Shown: positions 14,259 to 24,017 of the stretch, in pieces
How the letters are laid out: each line of letters opens with the position of its first letter
Numbering within the stretch: position 1 is the stretch's first letter
IMG/VR virus record: IMGVR_UViG_3300045988_130974
Coordinates: 1-39,366 of that record
From: a virus
Strand: one strand, 5' to 3'
Length of the DNA: 39,366 nt
Notes under the pieces: model-generated
Databases searched by the model: none
Told to the model about the DNA's origin: nothing
Seen by the model: only the letters and a program-made list of their open reading frames with translations
Position numbers and translations under genes: made by a program

Positions 14259-17017
14259 CTATCCTTTAATGCCGTTCGTTGCCCTAATCGTTGATCGTAA
14301 CTGCCAGCCGTTGCACCGACAAGCACGCCGGAATCAAGAATCATCGTTGTATCTTTGCCTGCAATTTGACGCAGTAAAGCGTTGTTCTGCATTTGCAAAG
14401 TGCTGTCTTGCATGGTCAGCGAGCCGGCGAACCGTGATTGTACATCGCTTGCCATGCCGTTCAATCGGTTAGCAAAACCAGATACATCAGGTTGCATTGC
14501 GTCGGTGATTTGCTTGTTCATTGCCAAAACAGACTTCTGAACATCACTAAAGCCATCGACTAACCCGTTGCCCAGACCGTTCATGATTGCGTGCCCGGCG
14601 GGAATCAGCAAACGCCGGTCAACGCTGATAGGCCCTTTGTGGGCTTTAATCCACTTGCCAATGCCACCGACAAACGACTTAACACTTTCCCAAGCCGATT
14701 TAAGACCGCCAAGCAAACTGTTCATGATTGCCTTACCGTTAGCCGATAAATCGATATGAGCAACTGAATCAATGACCTTACGCCCGACTTGTGCCATTAC
14801 ACCACCTAAGCCGCCCATCATTTGCAGAATACCTTTTATCAAAGCAGCTATAATTTGTACCCCTGCTGCTATAATCTGCGGTAAGTTGCTAATGATAGCT
14901 CCTGCTAATGCAACAATGATTTGTAACGCACTAACCACAAGCAATGGCAGCACTTGTGCAATACCATTAATTAACGCTGTAAGAATCTCTACCCCAGCTT
15001 CAATGATCTGCGGCAAATTGCTAATAATAGCATTAGCAAGTGCCATAATGATTTGCACGCCGGCCGTAATAAGCATTGGCAATACGGTAACAATGGCGTT
15101 AGCAAGTGCCATGATAATTTGCAGACCAGCCGTAATGATCATTGGCAAACTTGCAACTATGGTATTGATAAGCGCAATCAGAATCTGTACGCCTGCAACT
15201 ATCAGTAGTGGCAACGCAGCTACAATCGCCGTTGTCAATGACGTAATAATTTGCGTACCGACCGCAATGATTTGTGGAAGATTCTCAGAAATGCTGTTGG
15301 CAATGCCTACAATGACATTAGTTATCATTCCGACAATCAGCGGAATATTTGCAACAATAGCGTTAGTTATATTTGTGATAGTGTTGCTTAACTGATCGAA
15401 AACTTGAGTAATACCATCGGCGTTTAGTTGTCCAGTTTGCAGCCAAGCTGTTACAAAACTAATGACAGCCCCCGCAGCAAGCCCCCAAGGACCAGAAATC
15501 CCTAATGCAGCTAATCCTATTTTGGTTAAGGTGCTAACAATCGTGGAAGCAATACTGCCAATGCCGCCCATTTTGGTTATAAATCCTTGAATAGTTTGGC
15601 TAACACCACCCAATACGTTTTTTACCGTGTTACAAGCAGCGCTAACAGCATCACTAATTTTCCCCCAAACAGATGTAGCGATTGTCGATAGTGTTTGCCA
15701 TGCATTTGATAACCACGAAACAAAAGATTGCCACATTTGACGTCCCCTCTCAGTTTGAGTAAAGAAGTAGACTAATGCAGCAACTATTGCAACAATAGCT
15801 GCAATCGCAATCATTCTTACCCCGCCAAAGACTTTAAAGGCAGCATTGAGTTTTTCAATTGATTTAGTTACTGGGTCAACTCCCAACATAACATCATCAA
15901 ATGTCATGGTTTTCATAATCGCTTTGAATGTTGAAATAGAAGTTTTCGCACTATCAACAAACGATACAGCCTTCTTCAATAAAGCCATCTGTCCAGCAAA
16001 TGCACCAATTCCGATAGTTAATGGTATAAGCCAATCCTTGTTAGCGTTAACGAAATCAAACATTGACCTCAACGAGTTCAAAATAACCGTCGTTCCTTGC
16101 GTAACAATTGGCGTTATAGCAGTAAAAAATCCGTTAATGCCAACTTTCATGTTATCAAGTACTTGCGCGATAGAACCAAAACCGGCTTTGCTAAAACCAT
16201 CGTTAATGGCAGTTAACATGTTTCCAAGGTTCTTTACGACACTAGCTTTCAAGTTAGCGAAACTCGTTGCAATCCCGGCACTGTTTTTCTTCGCAAGTTG
16301 TGCAAAACCATTCTGACCCTTGTTAAGTTCGATAAATTTATCGTTCAACTGGTCAACTGATATTTGCCCACTTTGCAACGCGTTATAAAGGTCCTGTTCA
16401 GCAGATTTGCCAGTGAAACCAAACGCATTTGCAACTTTACGCAACGCTATAGGCATGGTTTCCATTAACGTCCGGTAACTCATCATATCGACTTTACCGG
16501 TTGACAACATTTGAGTGTACTGTTGCAGACCCCGACTAGTATCAGCAACACTTGCCCCACTCGCCAAAAAGGCGTTGTTAAGGGCTAATGCTGACTTACT
16601 AGCCTTTGTAGCGCTACCCGTCAATGGTGCTAACTGCTGTGCAACCGAAGTGATATCTTGCAATGACGTTGGCAACCCATCAATGCCTTTTTGCATTAAC
16701 TTGCTTGATTTCGCAACATCTCGTGCCGAATACCCCAAAGCGTCCATGACGACTGGATACTTGTTAAGTGTATCGAAACGATCAATTGCCCCGCCGATTG
16801 AATCTTTAACAACGCTAAATGCTTTGCTTGCAACCGCAACAAGCCCTAATGACGTTGCAAGATTTTTAACAGAACCGGTTGCCGATGTTGTAGCGCTTGC
16901 CGTTTGGTTACTTTGACCAACGACTTTGCTAAGGCTATCAACAGCCGCTTCCATCGTTTTGGTGAAATTTTGATCGACGGCGGAAAGAATCGCCTCGATA
17001 CTCATTTCTTGTGCCAT
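14249..17017 (-). CDS. Tape measure protein
   Basis: About 920 aa, Ala/Gly/Ile-rich with hydrophobic repeats. Follows the G/GT chaperones. ATG at 17017 after GAGGGGG. Confidence 0.9.
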   Translation of the reverse strand: MAQEMSIEAILSAVDQNFTKTMEAAVDSLSKVVGQSNQTASATTSATGSVKNLATSLGLVAVASKAFSVVKDSIGGAIDRFDTLNKYPVVMDALGYSARDVAKSSKLMQKGIDGLPTSLQDITSVAQQLAPLTGSATKASKSALALNNAFLASGASVADTSRGLQQYTQMLSTGKVDMMSYRTLMETMPIALRKVANAFGFTGKSAEQDLYNALQSGQISVDQLNDKFIELNKGQNGFAQLAKKNSAGIATSFANLKASVVKNLGNMLTAINDGFSKAGFGSIAQVLDNMKVGINGFFTAITPIVTQGTTVILNSLRSMFDFVNANKDWLIPLTIGIGAFAGQMALLKKAVSFVDSAKTSISTFKAIMKTMTFDDVMLGVDPVTKSIEKLNAAFKVFGGVRMIAIAAIVAIVAALVYFFTQTERGRQMWQSFVSWLSNAWQTLSTIATSVWGKISDAVSAACNTVKNVLGGVSQTIQGFITKMGGIGSIASTIVSTLTKIGLAALGISGPWGLAAGAVISFVTAWLQTGQLNADGITQVFDQLSNTITNITNAIVANIPLIVGMITNVIVGIANSISENLPQIIAVGTQIITSLTTAIVAALPLLIVAGVQILIALINTIVASLPMIITAGLQIIMALANAIVTVLPMLITAGVQIIMALANAIISNLPQIIEAGVEILTALINGIAQVLPLLVVSALQIIVALAGAIISNLPQIIAAGVQIIAALIKGILQMMGGLGGVMAQVGRKVIDSVAHIDLSANGKAIMNSLLGGLKSAWESVKSFVGGIGKWIKAHKGPISVDRRLLIPAGHAIMNGLGNGLVDGFSDVQKSVLAMNKQITDAMQPDVSGFANRLNGMASDVQSRFAGSLTMQDSTLQMQNNALLRQIAGKDTTMILDSGVLVGATAGSYDQRLGQRTALKDRWS
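14819..15280 (-). repeat. Seven tandem 22-aa (66-nt) repeats inside the tape measure gene
   Basis: LPQIIAVGTQIITSLTTAIVAA / LPLLIVAGVQILIALINTIVAS / LPMIITAGLQIIMALANAIVTV / LPMLITAGVQIIMALANAIISN / LPQIIEAGVEILTALINGIAQV / LPLLVVSALQIIVALAGAIISN / LPQIIAAGVQIIAALIKGILQM. Confidence 0.85.
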
Positions 17018-17018
17018 T

Positions 17019-17471
17019 CTAGCCGCCCCCTCTCCATGCTTGCATATCAATCAGGCCGCGCTTTTTAAGCTCTCTGAATTCCTTGTAGCGCCGTTGAAAC
17101 AGTTTCGTGGTATTTTCCTTGTCGTTATCGTTAGAACGTCCATACTGGGCATTAATCGCCGATAATGACTTGGTAATGCCAACGTCCTTGAGAAACTTTT
17201 GAACAGACGCATACTTCCACTTTGGATTTTTGCCACCAGTGGTTGCCTGAACAGCATAGTTGTACCACGCTTGATAGGCCTGGTCTTCACGTTTGCGAAT
17301 CGCTCGCAGTTCGTATGCTTCAAGCCGTAGTTGATACTCAGCTAACGTGATACGCTCTGCCTGTTTTAAATCGGTAAAGCCTAGATATGCCAGGCAGTTG
17401 ACCAAGATCATGCGATATGTTTCTTCGCTTGTCTGGTCGTTCTCTTGACTATCTAGGCTTTCAGATTTTTT
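17019..17471 (-). CDS. Tail assembly chaperone, T part of the G-T -1 frameshift product
   Basis: This ORF is in the -1 frame relative to the G gene. Read by hand, the -1 frame is open from the slippery site (CNKKSESLDSQENDQTSEETYRMILV...). It ends 2 nt before the TMP start. Confidence 0.7.
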   Translation of the reverse strand, partial: KKSESLDSQENDQTSEETYRMILVNCLAYLGFTDLKQAERITLAEYQLRLEAYELRAIRKREDQAYQAWYNYAVQATTGGKNPKWKYASVQKFLKDVGITKSLSAINAQYGRSNDNDKENTTKLFQRRYKEFRELKKRGLIDMQAWRGGG

Positions 17472-17800
17472 GTTGCAGTGCGCGCAGCATTGCTCGATTT
17501 CAGCTCCTTAGTGACGTCATCGAACAACTTATCAATGTTCGTTTTCTTATCATCAAGGTAAGCGTCAATATCGCTTTGCGATGGCCGTTCCCTATTGTCC
17601 CACGCAGCACAGTAAAGCAGGTCTGCCAGTACGGCAACATCATAGCTTCGTAGTGCGGGAACAGCTTTAGTTAGTGCCATACCGAAATTTTGTTCAACGC
17701 CTTTAATATCAAGCGTCATGCCGATTTTTCGATCAAGCTCACGAATAAAGCGAACGCCAAAATTAAGGTTGACATCTTTGTTGTTAACTTTGATTTGCAT
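17453..17800 (-). CDS. Tail assembly chaperone (G-like)
   Basis: 115 aa, between the major tail protein and the tape measure. Contains the slippery site near its 3' end. Confidence 0.75.
   Translation of the reverse strand: MQIKVNNKDVNLNFGVRFIRELDRKIGMTLDIKGVEQNFGMALTKAVPALRSYDVAVLADLLYCAAWDNRERPSQSDIDAYLDDKKTNIDKLFDDVTKELKSSNAARTATKNLKA
17465..17471 (-). promoter_or_regulatory. Programmed -1 ribosomal frameshift slippery heptamer A_AAA_AAT
   Basis: The minus strand reads gca acA AAA AAT ctg aaa gcc tag, an X_XXY_YYZ pattern 4 codons before the G stop. The -1 frame continues into the T ORF. Confidence 0.65.
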
Positions 17801-17811
17801 TAATAGTCCTC

Positions 17812-18399
17812 CTAGTTATCGCCAACACCTTGTCCGGCGTCAGTTTCTTTGTTCCAAGCCTTACCAGCGCCATCAGTACCATCGTTCTTTGGCGTGCCTT
17901 CAATTGCGCCAACGCCACGGAAAATGTAAGCTAACTCGGCTTCTTGCTCTTCGCTTAGTGTTACCCAACCACGAACCGGACCATAATCAACCGTGATAGT
18001 TGTTTCACGGCTCGAAACATCGTCTGGATCGTTGTCGTTGCTGTCTTCGGTAACCTTGCCCCGCAGATACAGTGCATAGTATTGACCGTCTGCATTCTTA
18101 CGTTGCCGGTTAACCGCCCAAAATTCCATTTCTTCGTTGTCGAAAATGGAATCAAGCAGCTGGTCGGCAATCTTGGACCAGTTGTTTACAAATTCAAACT
18201 TGAAATCAGTTTCCAAGCTCGACGTGGTAGTTACCGTCCCAGACTTAGTTTTCTTTTTATCAGAGTCGCGTTGTGGGTCAATGCTCAAACTCGTTTGATA
18301 CGGGATAAGCTGACCGGCTACTTTAGCAGCCTCCGCCAATTTGCGGGCATAGACAACGACGTTAACACCCTGAATTTTTTCTAAATTAGCATTTGCCAT
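17812..18399 (-). CDS. Major tail protein
   Basis: ATG at 18399 after AGGAGTGAGAGA. Product of about 195 aa, directly upstream of the chaperone pair. Confidence 0.75.
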   Translation of the reverse strand: MANANLEKIQGVNVVVYARKLAEAAKVAGQLIPYQTSLSIDPQRDSDKKKTKSGTVTTTSSLETDFKFEFVNNWSKIADQLLDSIFDNEEMEFWAVNRQRKNADGQYYALYLRGKVTEDSNDNDPDDVSSRETTITVDYGPVRGWVTLSEEQEAELAYIFRGVGAIEGTPKNDGTDGAGKAWNKETDAGQGVGDN

Positions 18400-18409
18400 T
18401 CTCTCACTC

Positions 18410-18802
18410 CTAACCCAATTCGAACACAAGCGACACAATGCCGTGCATTAACACGGTATCGGGCACGCTCGTATCAGTGATTATTTGATTGCTGTTAAGC
18501 GACGGCCGACCCACAAAACGGAAGTTTTCGGAAAGTAAAACGCCCTGTCCAATTGAAGACAAGGCGTTTATCATTTTTGCCACGTTGTAGCGATTCTCTC
18601 CAGTGTCCCACACGTTAAGCGTGATATCGATTCTAGCTCCGTAGGCGTCCTTATATGGACTTATGGTGGAATTTACGTCACCAACATTAATGAACGGGTA
18701 CGGGGCATTCTCGCTCTCTAGTGGCAAATGATCATACACGGTATAGCCTAGCTCTTGCGCTTTGGAAAATACCGTGTCGAATAATTCCTGTTCAGGTATC
18801 AT
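18410..18802 (-). CDS. Tail terminator / tail completion protein
   Basis: 130 aa, in the position after the HK97 gp10-like gene. The N-terminus has the pattern DHLPLESENAPYPFINVGD typical of this family (recalled). Confidence 0.6.
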   Translation of the reverse strand: MIPEQELFDTVFSKAQELGYTVYDHLPLESENAPYPFINVGDVNSTISPYKDAYGARIDITLNVWDTGENRYNVAKMINALSSIGQGVLLSENFRFVGRPSLNSNQIITDTSVPDTVLMHGIVSLVFELG

Positions 18803-18814
18803 GCCATCGCCTCC

Positions 18815-19180
18815 TTACTTCATCATTTTCTTCAAATCGTTAACGAACTGTACACTTTGATATGCAAATGCCGGCTTAAGTGTAGGCCGTGCCGACATCC
18901 ACCTGGTGCCGAATTCCAAGTAAGGGAAATACTCGGTGTGTGGTGCAACAGCTACCGTCATGCCAGCGTTTGAGAACGTAGTAGACAGCGAACGTCTAGT
19001 AGCACCAGTTACATAACCAGCTGTATACGCAGCAGCCATGTTCTGTGCCGTTTTCGTCTTAAGCAACGCACCATGTTTAGCAACAATCGTTTTCGTTTGC
19101 GTCGCCATCATCATAGGTCGCTTGGCGATTGCTCGTTGTAGTTCCCTAGCGCCTTTAATTTGAAACGTTACTTTAGCCAT
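18815..19180 (-). CDS. HK97 gp10-family head-tail joining protein
   Basis: The motif ...HTEYFPYLEFGTRWMSARPTLKPAF. ATG at 19180 after AGGTGA. Overlaps the upstream stop by 8 nt. Confidence 0.7.
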   Translation of the reverse strand: MAKVTFQIKGARELQRAIAKRPMMMATQTKTIVAKHGALLKTKTAQNMAAAYTAGYVTGATRRSLSTTFSNAGMTVAVAPHTEYFPYLEFGTRWMSARPTLKPAFAYQSVQFVNDLKKMMK

Positions 19181-19481
19181 TGCTTTCACCTACAATCAAA
19201 GTGAACAGTTTTAACGGTTTTCGCATTGTCTGCAGTACATACTTTTGCTTTCCATCGTCAATGGTCAGGTATGACCACTTAGGCGGTGCAGCATAAAGCC
19301 GTATTACTAGACTGTTCTGTTTATAGTCGCCGAACAATTGCACCGACTTAACCGTGCCGACATCAGTTACATTGCCATGCAACGTTGAAACTAGCTTTTC
19401 ACCGCCTACATAGTCATGTGTTTTCGGGTCGTAGTGCCGTTCAGACTTATCATAAAACTTGATAATATGGTCGAAACGCAC
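19173..19481 (-). CDS. Head closure / head-tail adaptor protein
   Basis: 102 aa, GTG start adjacent to the upstream TAA. Assignment by synteny in the connector block. Confidence 0.55.
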   Translation of the reverse strand: MRFDHIIKFYDKSERHYDPKTHDYVGGEKLVSTLHGNVTDVGTVKSVQLFGDYKQNSLVIRLYAAPPKWSYLTIDDGKQKYVLQTMRKPLKLFTLIVGESNG

Positions 19482-19841
19482 TTAATCACCCTGCTTTCGA
19501 TAGAACGGGTCAACCGTGGTTAGTACGCCATGACTATGACGTTTGCGCCAATCGTCAATATCAGCCTGGTAATCATCGAAATCGTTACTGTTAAACGTAA
19601 TGCTTTCACCTTCTTGGGTATATGAACTCATACCTTCGTTTTTTAGGCGATTATAGCGCCGTACAGCGACTTCGATTGGAATATAGGCCAATTCATTAGG
19701 CACTTGCTCGCCAGCGTCTAAGGCTAACTTAAACCGCAGTTGTAAGTCAGCGTTTTTGATAATCAGCGCCAAAACAGAATCTTGGCTTGTGTCATCAGTC
19801 GCAAGCCCTAGCATTGTTTTTAAATCGTCAAGACTTGCCAT
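19482..19841 (-). CDS. gp6-like head-tail connector protein
   Basis: MASLDDLKTMLGLATDDTSQDSVLALIIKNADLQL is a typical N-terminus for this family. Follows the capsid gene. Confidence 0.65.
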   Translation of the reverse strand: MASLDDLKTMLGLATDDTSQDSVLALIIKNADLQLRFKLALDAGEQVPNELAYIPIEVAVRRYNRLKNEGMSSYTQEGESITFNSNDFDDYQADIDDWRKRHSHGVLTTVDPFYRKQGD

Positions 19842-19859
19842 AATAAATCACCTTATCTA

Positions 19860-20702
19860 CTAGTGTCCCGTACCGCTAGCTTCAGCCGCTGCTTGAACCG
19901 TTGCGACAACCACCTTCGTATCGTCATACAGGAACGCTGCAAAGTGTTCAGTTGCCGTCATCTTAGTAGCATCATGATCAATATCTTGTTGTGTCTTAAG
20001 TAGTACGTTACGCTTCATGACCAGTTTCAGTGCTGGTGAGCTTTGGTTAGCTTTGATCAAAATCATCTCGGTATCAGTCAGCTTCTTACTCCGTACGATT
20101 TGAGCACCCAAAACATCGTAGTACGTGCCGTTAATAACTTGGTTAGCTCCGGCTTCACTACCTAGCTTCTTGTTAATTGCGTCCATACGTAGTTTAGATG
20201 CCGTCTTAGGGCTCATGATAGCAACGACAGTGGAATCATCTTCATCATTAAAAACATCAAGTGCCGTTTGCAGGCCTTCAACCGTTGGCGTGATCGTTGC
20301 CTTTTGACTGCCACTCTTCGCAGCAGTCAGTACGGCTGTATCAACAAAATCAGCAATGCTCAGTCCCAGTTGCCGAGTGCTTTCACCAATTGCATCACCG
20401 TAACCAGACAGCACAGCTTCATCAGTAATCATCGTACCCTTGGCTGCTTTTTGAACCTTAACCTTGGTCATCTTAGTGCCTAATTTGTCGAACGGGATCG
20501 CTTGGCCTTCGGCAATGTTTTTTGCATCACCAATGTAGGTGAACTTAGGGAATTGCAGAGTATCACCGGCGTTGCCAACAAGCGTGTTATCAACTTGTGC
20601 AAGTGGTGTGAACCGCATTGCGTGTTGCATCGTGTATTGAACAATTGGCGCATTGACCTCAGGATTTACCAGGTCCGCAATCATCGTCATGTTATCTGCC
20701 AT
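19860..20702 (-). CDS. Major capsid protein
   Basis: 280 aa with a strong AGGAGG RBS, between the scaffold and connector genes. Confidence 0.8.
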   Translation of the reverse strand: MADNMTMIADLVNPEVNAPIVQYTMQHAMRFTPLAQVDNTLVGNAGDTLQFPKFTYIGDAKNIAEGQAIPFDKLGTKMTKVKVQKAAKGTMITDEAVLSGYGDAIGESTRQLGLSIADFVDTAVLTAAKSGSQKATITPTVEGLQTALDVFNDEDDSTVVAIMSPKTASKLRMDAINKKLGSEAGANQVINGTYYDVLGAQIVRSKKLTDTEMILIKANQSSPALKLVMKRNVLLKTQQDIDHDATKMTATEHFAAFLYDDTKVVVATVQAAAEASGTGH

Positions 20703-20704
20703 AG

Positions 20705-21367
20705 TTATTTACCTCCTAGAATCTTCACATATTCGTCGGGATTCTCACGCTGAAATTTAATTCGGTCGGCGGGTTTCAGTTTGATAAGATCGTTAGGCGT
20801 CAATGGCTTAACCTTCTTCCCGCTAACTCGTGGCGTTTTCCCCGCTAACAGCTTGTTTCGTTCGTCTTCTCGAATTGCCTCAATCGCAGTCAGCAGCACG
20901 TTAACGTTTGCTTGAGTGCTTTCGGCGGTGTCTGTTACAACCAGATCAAGCAGACCGTTATCAGCGTTGTTAAAACCACCGTCTGCTAACATTTGCTTGG
21001 CACTATCGCGCATTTCGTAGCGTGCCAGTTTTGCAGTAGCCTCTTTTGCTCGCTTGTTTGCTTTTTCCAGTTCGTAGTTAGCCTTTTGTTCGGCGTTCAT
21101 ACGGGATAACTTCTTGGCCTCGTCTTCCTTGGCCTTAAGCTGTTCCTTTTGACGTTCCAAACGTTGGCTAACAATCTTGTTAACTTCGTCTTGCGTGAAA
21201 GTCTTGGCTTGTTGCTCGCCATGCTTTTCTTCGCTATCACTTGGCTGTTCTGGCTCGGTATTTGGTGCACCGTCCGAACCTTCACCGCTTTGTTCAGCGA
21301 AAAATTGCAACATCATTGGCAAGCTATGAGTTTTAACAAGCCCGCTTTGTACTAACTTTTTGTACAT
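20705..21367 (-). CDS. Capsid scaffolding protein (DUF4355-like)
   Basis: LQFFAE motif near the N-terminus. A highly charged coiled-coil middle ([39 protein letters not shown]). GAGGTG RBS at 21367. Confidence 0.75.
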   Translation of the reverse strand: MYKKLVQSGLVKTHSLPMMLQFFAEQSGEGSDGAPNTEPEQPSDSEEKHGEQQAKTFTQDEVNKIVSQRLERQKEQLKAKEDEAKKLSRMNAEQKANYELEKANKRAKEATAKLARYEMRDSAKQMLADGGFNNADNGLLDLVVTDTAESTQANVNVLLTAIEAIREDERNKLLAGKTPRVSGKKVKPLTPNDLIKLKPADRIKFQRENPDEYVKILGGK

Positions 21368-21464
21368 GGATACACCTCGTTTTAAGCCCGGTCGGCTATA
21401 TAGTCCGAACTTGTTCTTTTAGGCCTGCAAATAAGTCAAAAAGGCCAAAATTTAAGCATGAAAA

Positions 21465-21495
21465 AAGAGAACCCTTGCTATGCATGAGTTCTCTT
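21465..21495 (-). terminator. Terminator-like hairpin between the minor head and scaffold genes
   Basis: The minus strand reads AAGAGAACtcatgcatagcaaggGTTCTCTT followed by TTTTCATG. It sits in a 170-nt non-coding gap. Confidence 0.4.
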
Positions 21496-21537
21496 GAATT
21501 TGTTTTTAATTCGGAAAATAAACAGGCCTAGCCGCAG

Positions 21538-22542
21538 CTAAACTTTCTTTGCACCAATAGCTTTTTCAAGCGTCTTTGAACGTTTACCGCCGACAAGATT
21601 ATCATCTCTGCCATCAACCCACGTTTCAGATATGCTGCAACGACAATTTGGGTGCTCTGGAATCTCTGGCACTTTAGCAACCGTATAGACACCTTCGCCG
21701 AATCCACTATCACGACTTGCAATCGCTCGACAAGCAGGGCACGCTTTCGGTTCGGCCAGCCACTGGACGTAGTTGTAGCCGTGCTTTTTAATCGATTCAA
21801 GTTGCACGTTCGTTTGGATTCTCGCACTTTCAGTCCGTGCTAATCGCTCGGTTACATATCTTTGATTGCCAACCGCTGTTTTGACCTGTTCACGTAGCCG
21901 TGTAGCCATTTTACGTGGATTTTGACCCTGTATCATACCAACACTTAAAACTTGGTCTAGTTTTGCTTTAAGGGCGTCTTGGTCAGCCCACAAACGTTGG
22001 CTAAACGTTGCCCCGTTGGTTTGTGCCATTAGAATCTTAGCAGCGTCCTTGCCTGTCCAAGGCGAACGTTGCGCGCTGTCCATCATGATACCGGCTTGCC
22101 TAATGACTTCTTTTTGGTAATCACCGCTCAACTTATCTCGCAGACTGGAATCGACTTTAACACCGGCTCGCAGCATATCAAGACCAACTTCGGACTTAAG
22201 ATGTTCAAGCCGGTTGATTCGCATTGTAGCGTTGTAGACCTTCAAACGTTGGTTCACCTGGTCGCTAAAATCAGCATACGTTACTTTCTGACCGTTAGCC
22301 TGCATTTTCTCCGCCTCAGCCACAATTGACTTAGCTTTGGTTTCATACGCTTTGACGTCCATTTGTGTTACTTGGTCCTTGCCTACACGGTTAAGCTCTT
22401 TCTCGATACTATCGCTAATATCATCGATTGCTTGGTTGTAGTAGGTTTCTAGCAACTTGCCAAACTCAGCATCGTTTTCAAGCTGTTTGAGTTGCCAGGC
22501 CTTCTCTTGCTTGACTCGCTCTTCCCAATAGCTACTCGGCAT
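21538..22542 (-). CDS. Minor head protein (Mu F / SPP1 gp7-like)
   Basis: The C-terminal CPACRAIASRDSGFGEGVYTVAKVPEIPEHPNCRCS is the F-like signature. Overlaps the portal stop by 11 nt. Confidence 0.8.
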   Translation of the reverse strand: MPSSYWEERVKQEKAWQLKQLENDAEFGKLLETYYNQAIDDISDSIEKELNRVGKDQVTQMDVKAYETKAKSIVAEAEKMQANGQKVTYADFSDQVNQRLKVYNATMRINRLEHLKSEVGLDMLRAGVKVDSSLRDKLSGDYQKEVIRQAGIMMDSAQRSPWTGKDAAKILMAQTNGATFSQRLWADQDALKAKLDQVLSVGMIQGQNPRKMATRLREQVKTAVGNQRYVTERLARTESARIQTNVQLESIKKHGYNYVQWLAEPKACPACRAIASRDSGFGEGVYTVAKVPEIPEHPNCRCSISETWVDGRDDNLVGGKRSKTLEKAIGAKKV

Positions 22543-23968
22543 TTACATCATCGCCTTCATCATCATTGGCTTCGCTTTGGCTATCCTTGATGTTAGTCTT
22601 TTGCTGATCAGTCATGGACGGCATCGCCTGCAAGTTGTTTCGCACGTCTTCGGCTTGCTCTTCACGCATACGCTCGATTTCCTTCTTCGGGTCGTCAACA
22701 ATCGACAACGTGCTTAACTGGGTTTCCTTCGATACAATGCCTGACAGCGTAGAAGCTGTTTGTGCTTCGTTTTCAATATCAAGCGGAATGTTTCGTGCCG
22801 GTACGATTTGCAAGTCTTTCATGATATCAACTCGGCTAACCGTACCAATCGCCTTGCCCAGACCTAACGCAGTGCCCAGCAGTTGACGCAGACTAATAGC
22901 AAACTTACGGTCTTCAAACGCAGCTTGATTCTGCATTGATAACAGCTTATAGCGAATCGCAACCCCGCTTGCGTTACCGCTAAACGCTTCATCGTTAAGG
23001 TTGGCGACCATTGCCGTTTGGAAAATATCATCTTTCAAGCGACTAAGCATGTTTTCTTGCATGTTGTCGCCGTCTGGTTTGGTAATAAAATCGACTTCAC
23101 CTTGCGCAGCATCTGCACTTGGTGAGTAAAGCACGTGGTCTTGTTCCAAGTTAAGAACTGTTTTGCCGTCTTCATCTGTTGGCAACGGAATACCCAGAAT
23201 CTTAAGGTAGGCGTTGTCAAAATAAGCAACCTGGTTAGCCTTCTGACTGATAGCACGGTCATACTCTTCGACCAACGTATCAATCTTGCCAATCAGCGAA
23301 AGGCGCTCATCGTTAGCAAAGAATTCAGCAGCAGGAACAAAGCCAAACACATGGTTGGTTTGTTCTTCTACCTTGCCGTCATTACCAAAATAAGTAATTT
23401 CTTTGTCGGTATATACTTCACCGCTCAACTGGTCGTTGTAGCTTAAATACCGCACAAACGCAACGGGATTCCGCTTAATTGTGGTGTCGTAGATCATAAA
23501 GCTACTATCAGGCGCAGCAACCGCAATTTCTGTTTCACTGTTCTCATTTTGATAAGCCATCATGTATGATCGGCCATAGATAGCAACTTGCTTGGCAACT
23601 TCGCTCAGCTTGTCTTGGAACGAGTTGACGTTCAGCCAGTCTTGCAACCGCTCGTTAGTGCTATCGTCATCTAACGCAATCTTAGGTGGTTTACCGATGA
23701 AATAGCCTACATACGTATCAACAACGTAGTTAGCCCAGTTGCTAATGATACGGTTATCTGGACGCATTGAGTAACGATCACGTGGTTTGCGCAAAATATC
23801 ATGGTTACCGCTATACAAGTCGTAGTAATGGTTATACTTCGTAGACCGTTGGCGATTATCGTTGATGAACTGCATTAAGCTAGTCGTGTCCAGTTCTTCA
23901 CCGGCGAACAGATATACGCCTTCTTTGGTTACATAGCAATTTTCGCTAATCGTTTTTTGAATTGCCAT
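22532..23968 (-). CDS. Portal protein (SPP1 gp6-like)
   Basis: 478 aa, immediately downstream of terL, with an acidic C-terminus. AGGTGA RBS. Confidence 0.85.
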   Translation of the reverse strand: MAIQKTISENCYVTKEGVYLFAGEELDTTSLMQFINDNRQRSTKYNHYYDLYSGNHDILRKPRDRYSMRPDNRIISNWANYVVDTYVGYFIGKPPKIALDDDSTNERLQDWLNVNSFQDKLSEVAKQVAIYGRSYMMAYQNENSETEIAVAAPDSSFMIYDTTIKRNPVAFVRYLSYNDQLSGEVYTDKEITYFGNDGKVEEQTNHVFGFVPAAEFFANDERLSLIGKIDTLVEEYDRAISQKANQVAYFDNAYLKILGIPLPTDEDGKTVLNLEQDHVLYSPSADAAQGEVDFITKPDGDNMQENMLSRLKDDIFQTAMVANLNDEAFSGNASGVAIRYKLLSMQNQAAFEDRKFAISLRQLLGTALGLGKAIGTVSRVDIMKDLQIVPARNIPLDIENEAQTASTLSGIVSKETQLSTLSIVDDPKKEIERMREEQAEDVRNNLQAMPSMTDQQKTNIKDSQSEANDDEGDDVNAE

Positions 23969-24017
23969 TCTCTCACCTCTTTTTCGTAGCTATTAAACGC
24001 GTACGATACGCGTAAAA

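Noticed and set aside
14772-16916. Long plus-strand ORFs (207, 156 and 133 aa) antisense to the tape measure gene.
   Set aside because: They are artefacts of the repetitive, stop-poor Ala/Ile/Gly codon composition of the TMP gene. They have no RBS and lie opposite an obviously genuine gene.
17051-17323. A 90-aa ORF nested in another frame of the T chaperone gene, together with similar nested ORFs elsewhere (for example 21097..21285, 21528..21827, 36495..36680).
   Set aside because: They lie entirely inside well-supported genes, lack an RBS and have basic low-complexity translations typical of off-frame reading.
20705-21367. An alternative scaffold start at the internal MMLQFFAE (21316), which would match the usual N-terminal position of that motif.
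   Set aside because: There is no Shine-Dalgarno upstream of 21316, whereas the ATG at 21367 has GAGGTG at ideal spacing. The longer form is kept, with the ambiguity noted.
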